From Candidatus Bathyarchaeota archaeon (GTDB lineage: Archaea > Thermoproteota > Bathyarchaeia > TCS64), in contig DAOVEE010000001.1 in the NCBI GenBank assembly GCA_030669135.1, forward strand, positions 1-29,338: a DNA stretch of 29,338 bases. The letters run 5' to 3'. Made by a program: the position numbers and the translations under genes. The notes under the pieces are model-generated. The model saw nothing but the letters and a program-made list of their open reading frames with translations, searched no databases and was not told the origin of the DNA. Shown here piece after piece: positions 16,921 through 25,108 of the stretch; position 1 is the first letter of the stretch; every line of letters begins with the position of its first letter.

Positions 16921-16934
16921 TCCCCTTCTTTTTT
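16921..16934 (+). terminator. Pyrimidine/oligo(T) terminator candidate after the M20 gene
   Basis: TCCCCTTCTTTTTT immediately after TAA 16918-16920, in a convergent gap. Confidence 0.45.
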
Positions 16935-16996
16935 ACTTGTTGTGTCACTATGTTCATCTATGCATACTACTACGTGATGGGGTTGGTGCTGGAGAG

Positions 16997-18019
16997 CTAG
17001 TTCTCCAGCCACTCGATGATCTCTGGGACGCTCACGAGACCCTCCCCCGGGTGGACCACAGGGTTCTCCCGTATCGTGAAAACGTAGCCTGTCTGCGGCG
17101 ACTTCGCCTTTTCAAGGGTCTCGAAGGTCCGGGGGCTGTAGATGAAGCCGACCTCGTCGCCTTCCTTCACGGTGTCCCCGAGGCCCACCGTGGGTATGAA
17201 GACGCCGCCCTTGCCGCAGTGGGCGACGTAGACCTTGGGGTCGGCTCTCCACTTGAGCCTGACCTGTCTCTTAGGTAGCTCGACGTCTCCGTCGATGATT
17301 CCTAGGTCTATCAGGATGTTCTTCACGCCGCGGTAAGCGATCTTCACTGCCTCCTCGTCGAAGTGGGCGTGGCCTCCGAGCTCAGGGACTATCGCCGGGA
17401 TTCCATTGTCCACGCAAGACGCCCTCAGAGTCCTTCGCCCGCCATACGCCTCGGTCTCGACGTATAGTATGGGTGCCCCGAATAGCCTGGCCATCTCCTC
17501 GGAGCGCCGAGCGGTCTCGCTGGGCGCCTTCTCGGAGACCCCGTCGGCCTCGTAGAAGACCCATACCGGGCAGTACCTGCTCGCGGTGTGCAGGTCCACC
17601 ACCTCGTCTGCGTGGCTCACGAGCTCAGTCCATATCTTGTGTGCCATGCGCTCGGTGAGGCTTCCATGCGGGTCCCCTGGCCATACCCGGTTCATCCCCC
17701 CCGGCTTGGGGTCGAACATGGTCGCCCTCGACTTCTCCCTGAAAGCCAGGGGGTTGGGGAGACAGTAGATCAGTGTGCCGCTCATCTTACCGGGGTCTAG
17801 CTCGTTTATGAGCCGCCTCAACGCGTCCAAGCCCATTATTTCTGAGCCGTGCTGCGCCACCTGTACGTAGAGGGTCTTTCCAAGCTTTTTCCCATGAAGC
17901 ACCATGAAGGGTATCTCCAGTGACTGCCCGTCTGCCCAGAAGTCGGGGATGGTTAACACGCTTCGAGCTTTCTCGCCGGGCCTCACCGTCAGCCCAGCTA
18001 CCTTTACTGGTTCGCTCAT
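16997..18019 (-). CDS. Succinylglutamate desuccinylase/aspartoacylase (M14) family protein
   Basis: QHGSEIMG, NP..F, MNRVWPG, DLHT, PELGG, and a C-terminal biotinyl-like domain (GGVF...V..GD.V..G). Confidence 0.9.
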   Translation of the reverse strand: MSEPVKVAGLTVRPGEKARSVLTIPDFWADGQSLEIPFMVLHGKKLGKTLYVQVAQHGSEIMGLDALRRLINELDPGKMSGTLIYCLPNPLAFREKSRATMFDPKPGGMNRVWPGDPHGSLTERMAHKIWTELVSHADEVVDLHTASRYCPVWVFYEADGVSEKAPSETARRSEEMARLFGAPILYVETEAYGGRRTLRASCVDNGIPAIVPELGGHAHFDEEAVKIAYRGVKNILIDLGIIDGDVELPKRQVRLKWRADPKVYVAHCGKGGVFIPTVGLGDTVKEGDEVGFIYSPRTFETLEKAKSPQTGYVFTIRENPVVHPGEGLVSVPEIIEWLEN

Positions 18020-18061
18020 TTCGATTCGTTGAGAATTATTCCTTACTGTATTAGAGTTTTC

Positions 18062-18565
18062 TCAGATGGGCCGCCAGTGGATGCTCTTCGACGTGGTGTA
18101 CTTCTGTTTAACCGGGAACCCGATGCCTATGCTGATGATCTCTGGGACGACGTGGTTCCTGAATCGGTCGCTGGGCTGCCCTGAGATGATCCCCTGACAA
18201 TCCGGGTCCATGTACAGGTAATATTTTTTCCCGTTGAAGCTTATCGCAGCGTTGTCGCCCCGCTTGTATACCGGCTTGTTATGTATCCTGAACGGGAAGA
18301 GTCTGCAGGCAGTGGGCTTCGTGCCCTGCAGCGTGCATATCCAGCGATCCATGAGGGGCTTCTGGAAGACGCAGCGGCCGTTGCTCTGGTTCTTGAGGTA
18401 AGCCTTGCCCATCCCGTACTCCAGCACGTTTGGGCCGTAGATGGCCCTGACCTTGACCATCTCGTCCATCTTGAGGGGCACACGGTACCCTACACAGCAG
18501 TTGCCGCAGGCCTTGCACACCCAGCTCTGCACCTCTGTCCACGGGATTAGTGAACTACGCCTCAT
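18062..18565 (-). CDS. YkgJ/CxxCxxCC family Cys-cluster protein
   Basis: W.CKACGNCC, GRCVF, CTLQGTKP.ACRLFPF, CQG. Confidence 0.88.
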   Translation of the reverse strand: MRRSSLIPWTEVQSWVCKACGNCCVGYRVPLKMDEMVKVRAIYGPNVLEYGMGKAYLKNQSNGRCVFQKPLMDRWICTLQGTKPTACRLFPFRIHNKPVYKRGDNAAISFNGKKYYLYMDPDCQGIISGQPSDRFRNHVVPEIISIGIGFPVKQKYTTSKSIHWRPI

Positions 18566-18640
18566 GACGGTCGCTACCGTAAAGGTATGGACGCCTAAAT
18601 ATGTAACGTATCAACTAGAAACCCATGTAGCTGTCACAGG

Positions 18641-18799
18641 TCAGCTTTTCTTCTTTTTCTCGGCCTCCTCGAAGCCGTAGAGCAGCGGGTAGATGTCGTA
18701 GTGCTGCTTGATCAACTTGTACGTGAATCGTCCGAACCAGTAGAATACGCCGAGGGAGAACACGATGATGACGATGCTCATTATATCGATCATGTCCAT
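18641..18799 (-). CDS. Small single-pass membrane protein (52 aa), not in the ORF track
   Basis: MDMIDIMSIVIIVFSLGVFYWFGRFTYKLIKQHYDIYPLLYGFEEAEKKKKS*. It fills the ard1-ykgJ gap on the same strand, has GC3-rich codons, and has a TM helix followed by a basic tail. Confidence 0.65.
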   Translation of the reverse strand: MDMIDIMSIVIIVFSLGVFYWFGRFTYKLIKQHYDIYPLLYGFEEAEKKKKS

Positions 18800-18842
18800 C
18801 TATGGTCGCTACAAGTTGGGGCTGGGCGGTAAATAACGATTC

Positions 18843-19334
18843 CTAAATATCGTCGAGGGTGGCTGCCATGACCCAAGCGTCCTCGCCGTCCATGTAGTAG
18901 CCGTAGTTCCTCTTCACCTTCTTGAACCCGAGCGCAGCATAGAGGCCGATGGCTGCGTCGTTGCTGATTCTCACCTCGAGGTACCCCTCGGACGTGCTGT
19001 ACACGTCTCTGCCCTTGCGCATCGCCTGTACGATGAGCTCCCTGCCGATTCCTCTCCTCCGGTAATTCTCTATCACCGCGATGGAGACGGTGTGGCAGAG
19101 ACGCGAGGGGGTGAGCTTGCCTATCTTCGACCAGCCTCTCTCGATGCGGCACATGATGTATCCCTGCACCGTGTCGTCGACGTCGGCGACGAGAAAAGTC
19201 TCAGGGTACCTCTGGTGTAGGTCCCTGTAGAAGTAGCTGCTATAGTTCTCGGGGAGACACGCAGCGTTAATCTGCATCACGCGCTCAATGTCCTCAGGTC
19301 TGAACCCCCTTACCCTGAAGCCCGCATCACTCAA
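18843..19334 (-). CDS. ard1: N-terminal protein acetyltransferase (Ard1/RimI, GNAT)
   Basis: IN..CLPENY..YF, GYIMCRIE.G, SIAV...YRRRGIG, YLEVRISN..AI.LY..LGF, YY.DGEDAWVM. Confidence 0.92.
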   Translation of the reverse strand: MSDAGFRVRGFRPEDIERVMQINAACLPENYSSYFYRDLHQRYPETFLVADVDDTVQGYIMCRIERGWSKIGKLTPSRLCHTVSIAVIENYRRRGIGRELIVQAMRKGRDVYSTSEGYLEVRISNDAAIGLYAALGFKKVKRNYGYYMDGEDAWVMAATLDDI

Positions 19335-19429
19335 ATTTTATTCCCATGAAGGTGAACACTATTGCTTTTAAGGGGATCGTAACTTCGGGTCAGGGATGGT
19401 TTTTAGGAGTCCAGTACTAGTCTATTTGG

Positions 19430-20563
19430 ATGGGCGCTCAGGGACCCTGTGTTCAGGGGGAGATGGACCCCCGGTACGTCGAGGCAGTCAGAAGAAACTT
19501 CGAAGTAGTGGAAACCTATTGGGAGCGCTCGACGCCCACGTTCATAGTGAAGACTAGGGGCACCGGGTTCAGGCAGAGCCTGTTGAAGCCCGCCTTCGAG
19601 GTGCTCTCGGACGAGCTGAGGCCCCGCGGCTATCTCCCGAGGGTTAGATGGATCGTTGACAGCTACCACGTATCCATCCTGAAGAGGGAGGAGTTCGGGG
19701 TGGAAGACTACAGGCGTAACCTGATACTCTTCGTGGCGACCGTGGCCACCGTGTTTCTCGACGGTTACATCAGGAGCAGCAACCCCGTGCTCACCGATGC
19801 GCTCATGAAGGGTACCCCCGTCTTCGTCAACGCGCTGCTGTTCACGTTCGCGATCATTACCATATTCGGCTTGCACGAGCTCGGCCACAAGTACGTGTCG
19901 ATGCGGCGAGGGGTTGAGGCCAGTCTGCCCTACTTCATACCCGCCCCGCCCGGGATGGGTGGGACCCTCGGCGCCGTTATCACTCAACGTGAGCCTCCGG
20001 TGAACAGGGACGCCTTGTTCGATCTGGGGATGGGGGGGCCGCTGACGGGGTTTCTAGTGACGGTGGTCATGGGGGTAATAGGGATGCGGCTCAGCTTCGT
20101 GGTGCCTCAGCGCACAGTGGCTGAGCTGATGATGCGGTTCGCCGAGGTCAGGTTCCAGCAGATCCCCTTACCGATTATTCTGGAGTACATCGCCGACTTG
20201 GTCAAGCCGACGCCGGAGGGGTACGTCCTCATCATGCATCCCGTCGCGTTCGCCGCCTGGGTGGGATGCATATTGACCTTCATCAACCTCATCCCCGCTT
20301 GGCAGCTCGACGGCGGCCACATGATCCGGGCACTCGTCGGCCGCGAGTCGCACAAGATAATAAGCATAGCCGGTGTGCTCCTCCTCGTCATCTCGGGGTA
20401 CATGATCATGGGGGTGGTGGTGGCGTTTTTCCTTATGAGGGAGGGCGCTGAGTCCATCGAGCCCCTTGACGACCTGTCCCCCCTCAGCATGTCGAGGAAG
20501 CTGGGTTTCTTCCTCTACTTACTCATAATGATGCTTACGCTCGTGGCGCTACTGCCATTCTAG
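19430..20563 (+). CDS. Site-2 protease (M50 family)
   Basis: HELGH zinc motif, PYFIP, LFDLG..GPL.G, HP.AFAAWVG, NLIPAWQLDGGH; multiple TM segments. Confidence 0.95.
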   Translation: MGAQGPCVQGEMDPRYVEAVRRNFEVVETYWERSTPTFIVKTRGTGFRQSLLKPAFEVLSDELRPRGYLPRVRWIVDSYHVSILKREEFGVEDYRRNLILFVATVATVFLDGYIRSSNPVLTDALMKGTPVFVNALLFTFAIITIFGLHELGHKYVSMRRGVEASLPYFIPAPPGMGGTLGAVITQREPPVNRDALFDLGMGGPLTGFLVTVVMGVIGMRLSFVVPQRTVAELMMRFAEVRFQQIPLPIILEYIADLVKPTPEGYVLIMHPVAFAAWVGCILTFINLIPAWQLDGGHMIRALVGRESHKIISIAGVLLLVISGYMIMGVVVAFFLMREGAESIEPLDDLSPLSMSRKLGFFLYLLIMMLTLVALLPF

Positions 20564-20581
20564 GCAGAGGGTTGTGGGGCT

Positions 20582-21817
20582 CTATTGAAGTATCTTCATT
20601 GTGCACCCATGTGGAATCACGTAGGTACCTCTGCCCCGACGCCCGCTCAACGCCCGCTGATACGCCTCGTTGGTGGTTCTAGCCGCCTCCATGCCTAACG
20701 GCTCCACCAAGTACTGTGGCAGAGCCGAGACCAGTATGACCCTGTTGTTGCGTGTAACCTTCCTGATGATGTACAGCCCGTCCGCCCCATAGGTGTATCT
20801 TCGCTCGAACTCCGGGAGATCCATGACTCTCGCCAGATTAGTGAAGGACTCGGCCCCCAGCCCCTCACCGCATTCTCCGAGAAGCACGATGGTTCCGTTC
20901 TTCTTCGTAACTCCGGTCGCCGTCTCCAGAGCCCACGCTGTCTTGTATAGGCTGTAGTCGAACCGGTCCCCGCCGGCGCTTATCACCGTGACGTCTGAGT
21001 TCCCCTCCGCCTTGACCTCGTAGGAGCCCCCCAGCTGGGTGACGGCCTTCCCCCATGACTCCTCGAGCCCGCCCGCGAAGGCACCGATATAACCGCCTCC
21101 CGGGTCTACAGCTAGATTGAGTGCAAAGTCCACACCCGCCAGCCTCGCGGCTGCGACGGTCTCCTCCTTCACGGGGTTAAGCTCTATGACCCCGGGCATG
21201 ACGCCTCCCTTGAAGTAATGCTTCCGGGCGTTCTGGATAGTCTGAAGCGAGGCTATGCCGGGAAGTATCGCGTTTTGTGCCCCCGTGAATCCGGAGTGGC
21301 TGTCAAGCCTAGTCTCCCCCACCGCTATCTTCAGCGTGGCGTCGAGGTATTCTCTGTTGACTTTGACGCTTGTCCCGCCGCCTGTACTGCCCGCGTCACC
21401 CAGATTGGAGGAGGCTTTGGTGTGGTTCACCAGCCTCACCTGCGACAGACCATCCGTCTCCCGTATCGCTCCGATTAGCCGCGTGGTCTCGCTCTCCCTC
21501 TCACCGTTACCGACTACGATGGTTATCCTGTCCCGCGGGACGATGAGCTCCACGAGGTGTTTGACTATCGATGACAACGCCTGAGAGGCTAGGCTCGGGG
21601 TCATGGAGCCGTCCACCGCGATGGCTATCCTGCAGTCTGGCTTCACCTGCTCGTTAAGGGTCGCCGCGCCGCTCGGCTCGTCCAGTGCCCGGGCTATCTC
21701 CTCCGCTACTTGCCTGGGCTCCTGTTCGATGTGGGGATCAAGTATCTCGATGAGGTTGTCCATGTCGACAGAGACGTATACCTCTGTCTCTCCGTAGGGA
21801 AGCCAACAGTCCACCAA
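20582..21817 (-). CDS. LarA (lactate racemase/NPN-dependent epimerase) family protein, catalytic residues apparently lost
   Basis: Colinear with LarA over its full length (LPYG, AL..P.G, G.t.vNr, G..G....ILPGIAS, A.AG..E, D..iS.GG, K..GtIv, G.G.E.F, VIP.G), but the key residues are substituted (see findings). Confidence 0.88.
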   Translation of the reverse strand: MVDCWLPYGETEVYVSVDMDNLIEILDPHIEQEPRQVAEEIARALDEPSGAATLNEQVKPDCRIAIAVDGSMTPSLASQALSSIVKHLVELIVPRDRITIVVGNGERESETTRLIGAIRETDGLSQVRLVNHTKASSNLGDAGSTGGGTSVKVNREYLDATLKIAVGETRLDSHSGFTGAQNAILPGIASLQTIQNARKHYFKGGVMPGVIELNPVKEETVAAARLAGVDFALNLAVDPGGGYIGAFAGGLEESWGKAVTQLGGSYEVKAEGNSDVTVISAGGDRFDYSLYKTAWALETATGVTKKNGTIVLLGECGEGLGAESFTNLARVMDLPEFERRYTYGADGLYIIRKVTRNNRVILVSALPQYLVEPLGMEAARTTNEAYQRALSGRRGRGTYVIPHGCTMKILQ

Positions 21818-21861
21818 AGCGTTTCAGAAGGATATAGTGTTATCCGAACAAGTATTTTTCC

Positions 21862-23256
21862 TTACGGAGTCAACACGTTCTTGTCTGTGGAGCTAGCCTT
21901 GGTGCCCGTAGCGTCTTCGCCAGAAGGCGTGGTCGGGTCCGTTGAACTCGGTTCCAGCTGCGTCTGGGTGCTGTTGAGCAGCCTCTGCCTCAACCGATCT
22001 AGGAGACTGCTGTGGCTCCGAAGCTGGTACTTGACCGACGGGCTGAGTGTAGAAGTGGTACTCGTTCTGTTCCTCCACGCCTCTAACCATGCATGAGCCC
22101 TATCCATGTCGCTGAGGGTGTTCCGAGTCTCCTCGTCCTGTATCGTGGAGACCGCCGTCTCTATGTCGTCGCTGAGCTCCTGAATCTCGTCCATGTCAAC
22201 CTGCCCGGCCTGCAGCGTCTCTTTGAGCCGCTGGAGCTTCTGCTCGGTATCCGTCAACGATCCAAGGGCCTGGGTTTTATCTTGGTCTGTGATGGTGTTC
22301 TGGTACTGGTTCAGGGTCTGGCGCATCTCCTCCACCCGGCTCTCCATGTTTTCCCTGTACCTTGAAGCCAGCCTCGTCTTGACCTGCTGGGAGAGCTGCT
22401 CGATCCTCGCCCTAACTCTGTTCATTGCTTCGACTGCGGCCTTCAGCGCCCGCTGACTCCCTTCACGGTCGCCTTTGCTGTGCTTCGCCTCAGCCTCATC
22501 TATCAGGCTCCCTATGTTATCTAGGGCTCCGTCTAGAGCTGTCGTGTCGTAACCGTTATCTGCCAGCCGCTTGGACAAGTTCCTATGGTTTTCGAGGGCT
22601 TCTCTGGCTCTCCGGATCTCAGGCGATGGCCGTGTGTCTGCCTCAGGCGGCTGGGGCTCAGTCACCGCCTTGAAGGCTCTCTGGAACATGGTCTGAGCTC
22701 TCCGCGCCTCAGCCAGCGCCGCCGCGTACTGGCCGTCCTCGAAGTATCTGCGAGCCTCTTGAAGCGCCTCCTGCGCCTCACGGTAACCGTTGAGCACAGC
22801 CATGGGCACGGCTTCGCCTTCTTCCTCAAGCTCCGCCATGTAAGCCTCGAGGGCCTGCTTTGTACGGATTATACTCTGGATCATGTTCTGAAGCCTCTCC
22901 CTCTGACTCATTGACGAGACGAGAACCCTCGAGGATGACACCACGCTGTCTCCTATCCTGATCTGGACTGTGTAAACGTCAGGGGCCAAGTCCCCGGGTA
23001 ATGTTACGTTCAAGCTGTACGACCCCGTCGCTGGGGCAGTGAAGTTGTAGGAGAAGGCGTCCCCGTTTGACGCTGTGAACTCCACGACCACCAAGGCCCC
23101 GGGGCTGGCTGTGCCTCTGACCGTGTACATGCCGCCGGGCCGCGCGTATACGCTCGGCTGACTGGCTGTCAGCGTGGGCTGGCTGTATGCGGGTAGGAGC
23201 GTGGACGCCGCGACTATTATCAGCATCATCGCGGTGGCTGCCTTGACTCTTTTCAT
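21862..23256 (-). CDS. Secreted protein: signal peptide, beta-sandwich-like domain, helical repeats, Ser/Thr-rich tail
   Basis: MKRVKAATAMMLIIVAASTLLPAYSQ is signal-like, so ATG 23256 is preferred; a TATA-like CTATAATAT lies about 25 nt upstream. The track start at 23334 overlaps the upstream stop and is also possible. Confidence 0.75.
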   Translation of the reverse strand: MKRVKAATAMMLIIVAASTLLPAYSQPTLTASQPSVYARPGGMYTVRGTASPGALVVVEFTASNGDAFSYNFTAPATGSYSLNVTLPGDLAPDVYTVQIRIGDSVVSSSRVLVSSMSQRERLQNMIQSIIRTKQALEAYMAELEEEGEAVPMAVLNGYREAQEALQEARRYFEDGQYAAALAEARRAQTMFQRAFKAVTEPQPPEADTRPSPEIRRAREALENHRNLSKRLADNGYDTTALDGALDNIGSLIDEAEAKHSKGDREGSQRALKAAVEAMNRVRARIEQLSQQVKTRLASRYRENMESRVEEMRQTLNQYQNTITDQDKTQALGSLTDTEQKLQRLKETLQAGQVDMDEIQELSDDIETAVSTIQDEETRNTLSDMDRAHAWLEAWRNRTSTTSTLSPSVKYQLRSHSSLLDRLRQRLLNSTQTQLEPSSTDPTTPSGEDATGTKASSTDKNVLTP

Positions 23257-23330
23257 CCTGTCTACCTGTATCCGTGCGGCGATATTATAGGAACCCGAAG
23301 GAATGAGGCGGAACAGGTGTTTCAAGCCAC

Positions 23331-24593
23331 TCATCTACGGTACCTCCTGTGGATGCTCACGAGGCTCTGGCCTCCTACCTTTCTCTCCTCTATTATGTCC
23401 AGCCCCTCGAGGCGGCGCTGCATTCTCCAGGCGCTGGTCCGCGGGATGTCGAACCTCTCCCGTATCTCGTTGGAGAACAGCTCGCCCCCGGACTCCGCGA
23501 TGAACCTTATTACCTCCCTGTCGTCCATCCTCAGAGTCGGGTGATCCCGGAAGATGGCGTCGAGGTCTACTTCCATTAACTTGGGCTCGGGTGGTTTGCC
23601 CGGTTTCTTGGATAGTCGAACATAGAGAACCGCCCCGAAGACGAGCACGGCCGCAGCCAGCATGTAGCTGGTGAGGCTCTGGGGCTTCACGGCGTTCAAC
23701 GCCGTAATCTGGCTCTGGTAGGCATAATCGTAAGCTGACTCGTAGTCCCCGGTCTCGTAGGCGGTGTCAGCCTGGGCCAGCAGCTGCTCAGCGACGTCTA
23801 CGCCCTTCGTCCTTCCCTCCGACTCTGCCTCCGAGATGGCGAGGCTCGCCGCCTCCATCAGGTCATGGGCCTGCGAGGCGTCGGCTGTGGCCTCGTCGGC
23901 GGCGTCTTTCGCCTGCGTCGCCAGCTGGATCGCTGTCGGGTAGTCAGCCAGATCGAAGGCTTCGGTGGCCTGCTGGAGGAGGTCAAGCGCCTCCGAGACT
24001 ATTATCCCCCCGTCCATTATCTCCTGTATGTGCCGCTCGGCGTCGGCGATGGCCTCCTCCGCCTTGCCTCTGGCGTCGAAGACGCTGGTTATGTAGGAGA
24101 CGAATATGTCTCCTGGGAGCATACTGACGTAGGGCCTGTCTTCATTTGTGCCTATCTCGACGGGTACTTCGCTCAGGTTAATTATGGTGGAGCCCTGCGG
24201 GAGCGTTATGCTGGTGGTTATGGTGGACGTCACGTTGACTGTCCAGATCGCCCCCGTCTTGCTGGTGAGGGAGGAGGTTAGGTAGGTGACCACGACGCCC
24301 GTAGACCCAAGCGTGTCGACTGATACCCCCTCGTCCGTGACCGAGGCGTCGAGGGGTAGGCCGTCCTGGTCGACGACGAGCAGGCTCTCGTACGGGAACC
24401 CCGGTAACTCAACTTCTATACGCACTAGGGACGGGTCTGTCTCTGCCTCGTAGTCGACCTGCACCACGCCGTCGTTGTAGACAAGCAGGGACAGCGACTT
24501 GGAGGCGTAGTCCTGGGCTTGGACCGCCGGTACGAGCAGCAGTGCCAGCGTCGACAGGAGCAAGGCTGCCTTTAGCTTCATGTACGCTTCCAC
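23331..24593 (-). CDS. Membrane-anchored receptor-like protein with C-terminal winged HTH (COG2512-like)
   Basis: Signal peptide MKLKAALLLSTLALLLVPAVQA (ATG 24581 likely), extracellular beta-rich region and two helical repeats, TM YMLAAAVLVFGAVLYV followed by RLSKKPGK, then wHTH DREVIRFIAESGGELFSNEIRERFDIPRTSAWRMQRRLEGLDIIEERKVGGQSLV. Confidence 0.85.
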   Translation of the reverse strand: MEAYMKLKAALLLSTLALLLVPAVQAQDYASKSLSLLVYNDGVVQVDYEAETDPSLVRIEVELPGFPYESLLVVDQDGLPLDASVTDEGVSVDTLGSTGVVVTYLTSSLTSKTGAIWTVNVTSTITTSITLPQGSTIINLSEVPVEIGTNEDRPYVSMLPGDIFVSYITSVFDARGKAEEAIADAERHIQEIMDGGIIVSEALDLLQQATEAFDLADYPTAIQLATQAKDAADEATADASQAHDLMEAASLAISEAESEGRTKGVDVAEQLLAQADTAYETGDYESAYDYAYQSQITALNAVKPQSLTSYMLAAAVLVFGAVLYVRLSKKPGKPPEPKLMEVDLDAIFRDHPTLRMDDREVIRFIAESGGELFSNEIRERFDIPRTSAWRMQRRLEGLDIIEERKVGGQSLVSIHRRYRR

Positions 24594-24767
24594 CGGTTAC
24601 CGGAAACTAGAATACTTGACCGCAAGCGGTATTAAGAGGTTATCGAACACGGAACCGTTTAAACCTCATTAGTTTTGATGTTCGAAGTAAAATTTCAGAG
24701 ACAGTTGCCCATGTAACGGCGCATTGAACGCCGCAGAAACCTCTCTACGGAACCTACATGAAGATGA

Positions 24768-25040
24768 TTAGGAAAAGAAGGTGAACCTCTCTTTCTTCGC
24801 CTTACAGATGGGACACCTCTCAGGAGGCTCACCCTCCACGGCGTAGCCACAGACGTCACAGACCCCTACCTGCCCCAGGTCAAGGTCTTTCTCGTTTTAT
24901 ACAGCTTCCAAAGCCCGCTCGTAGAAAGCGGCGTGGGTCTTCTCGGAGTATCTTAAGTCGGGGGAGATCGACGTCGCAGCCGCCATGGGCACGGCCTGCG
25001 CCTCAGCAATCGTTAAGACCGTCGGCCCTGACGTGAACAT
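24768..25040 (-). pseudogene. Rubrerythrin 3' remnant with an internal stop
   Basis: Minus frame: MFTSGPTVLTIAEAQAVPMAAATSISPDLRYSEKTHAAFYERALEAV*NEKDLDLGQVGVCDVCGYAVEGEPPERCPICKAKKERFTFFS*. It contains the ExxH helix and the rubredoxin CxxC...CxxC motif, with TAA at 24897-24899. The N-terminal helices are missing. Confidence 0.8.
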
Positions 25041-25108
25041 AGACAAGCACGAGCTCCATGAGAGAGCCGAAGATGTCAGGGAGCGTATTAAACGAGTTTA
25101 AAAGGGTG

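Noticed and set aside
24897-24899. Stop-codon readthrough (Sec/Pyl) in the rubrerythrin remnant
   Set aside because: The stop is TAA, not TGA or TAG, and the 5' part of the gene is missing anyway.
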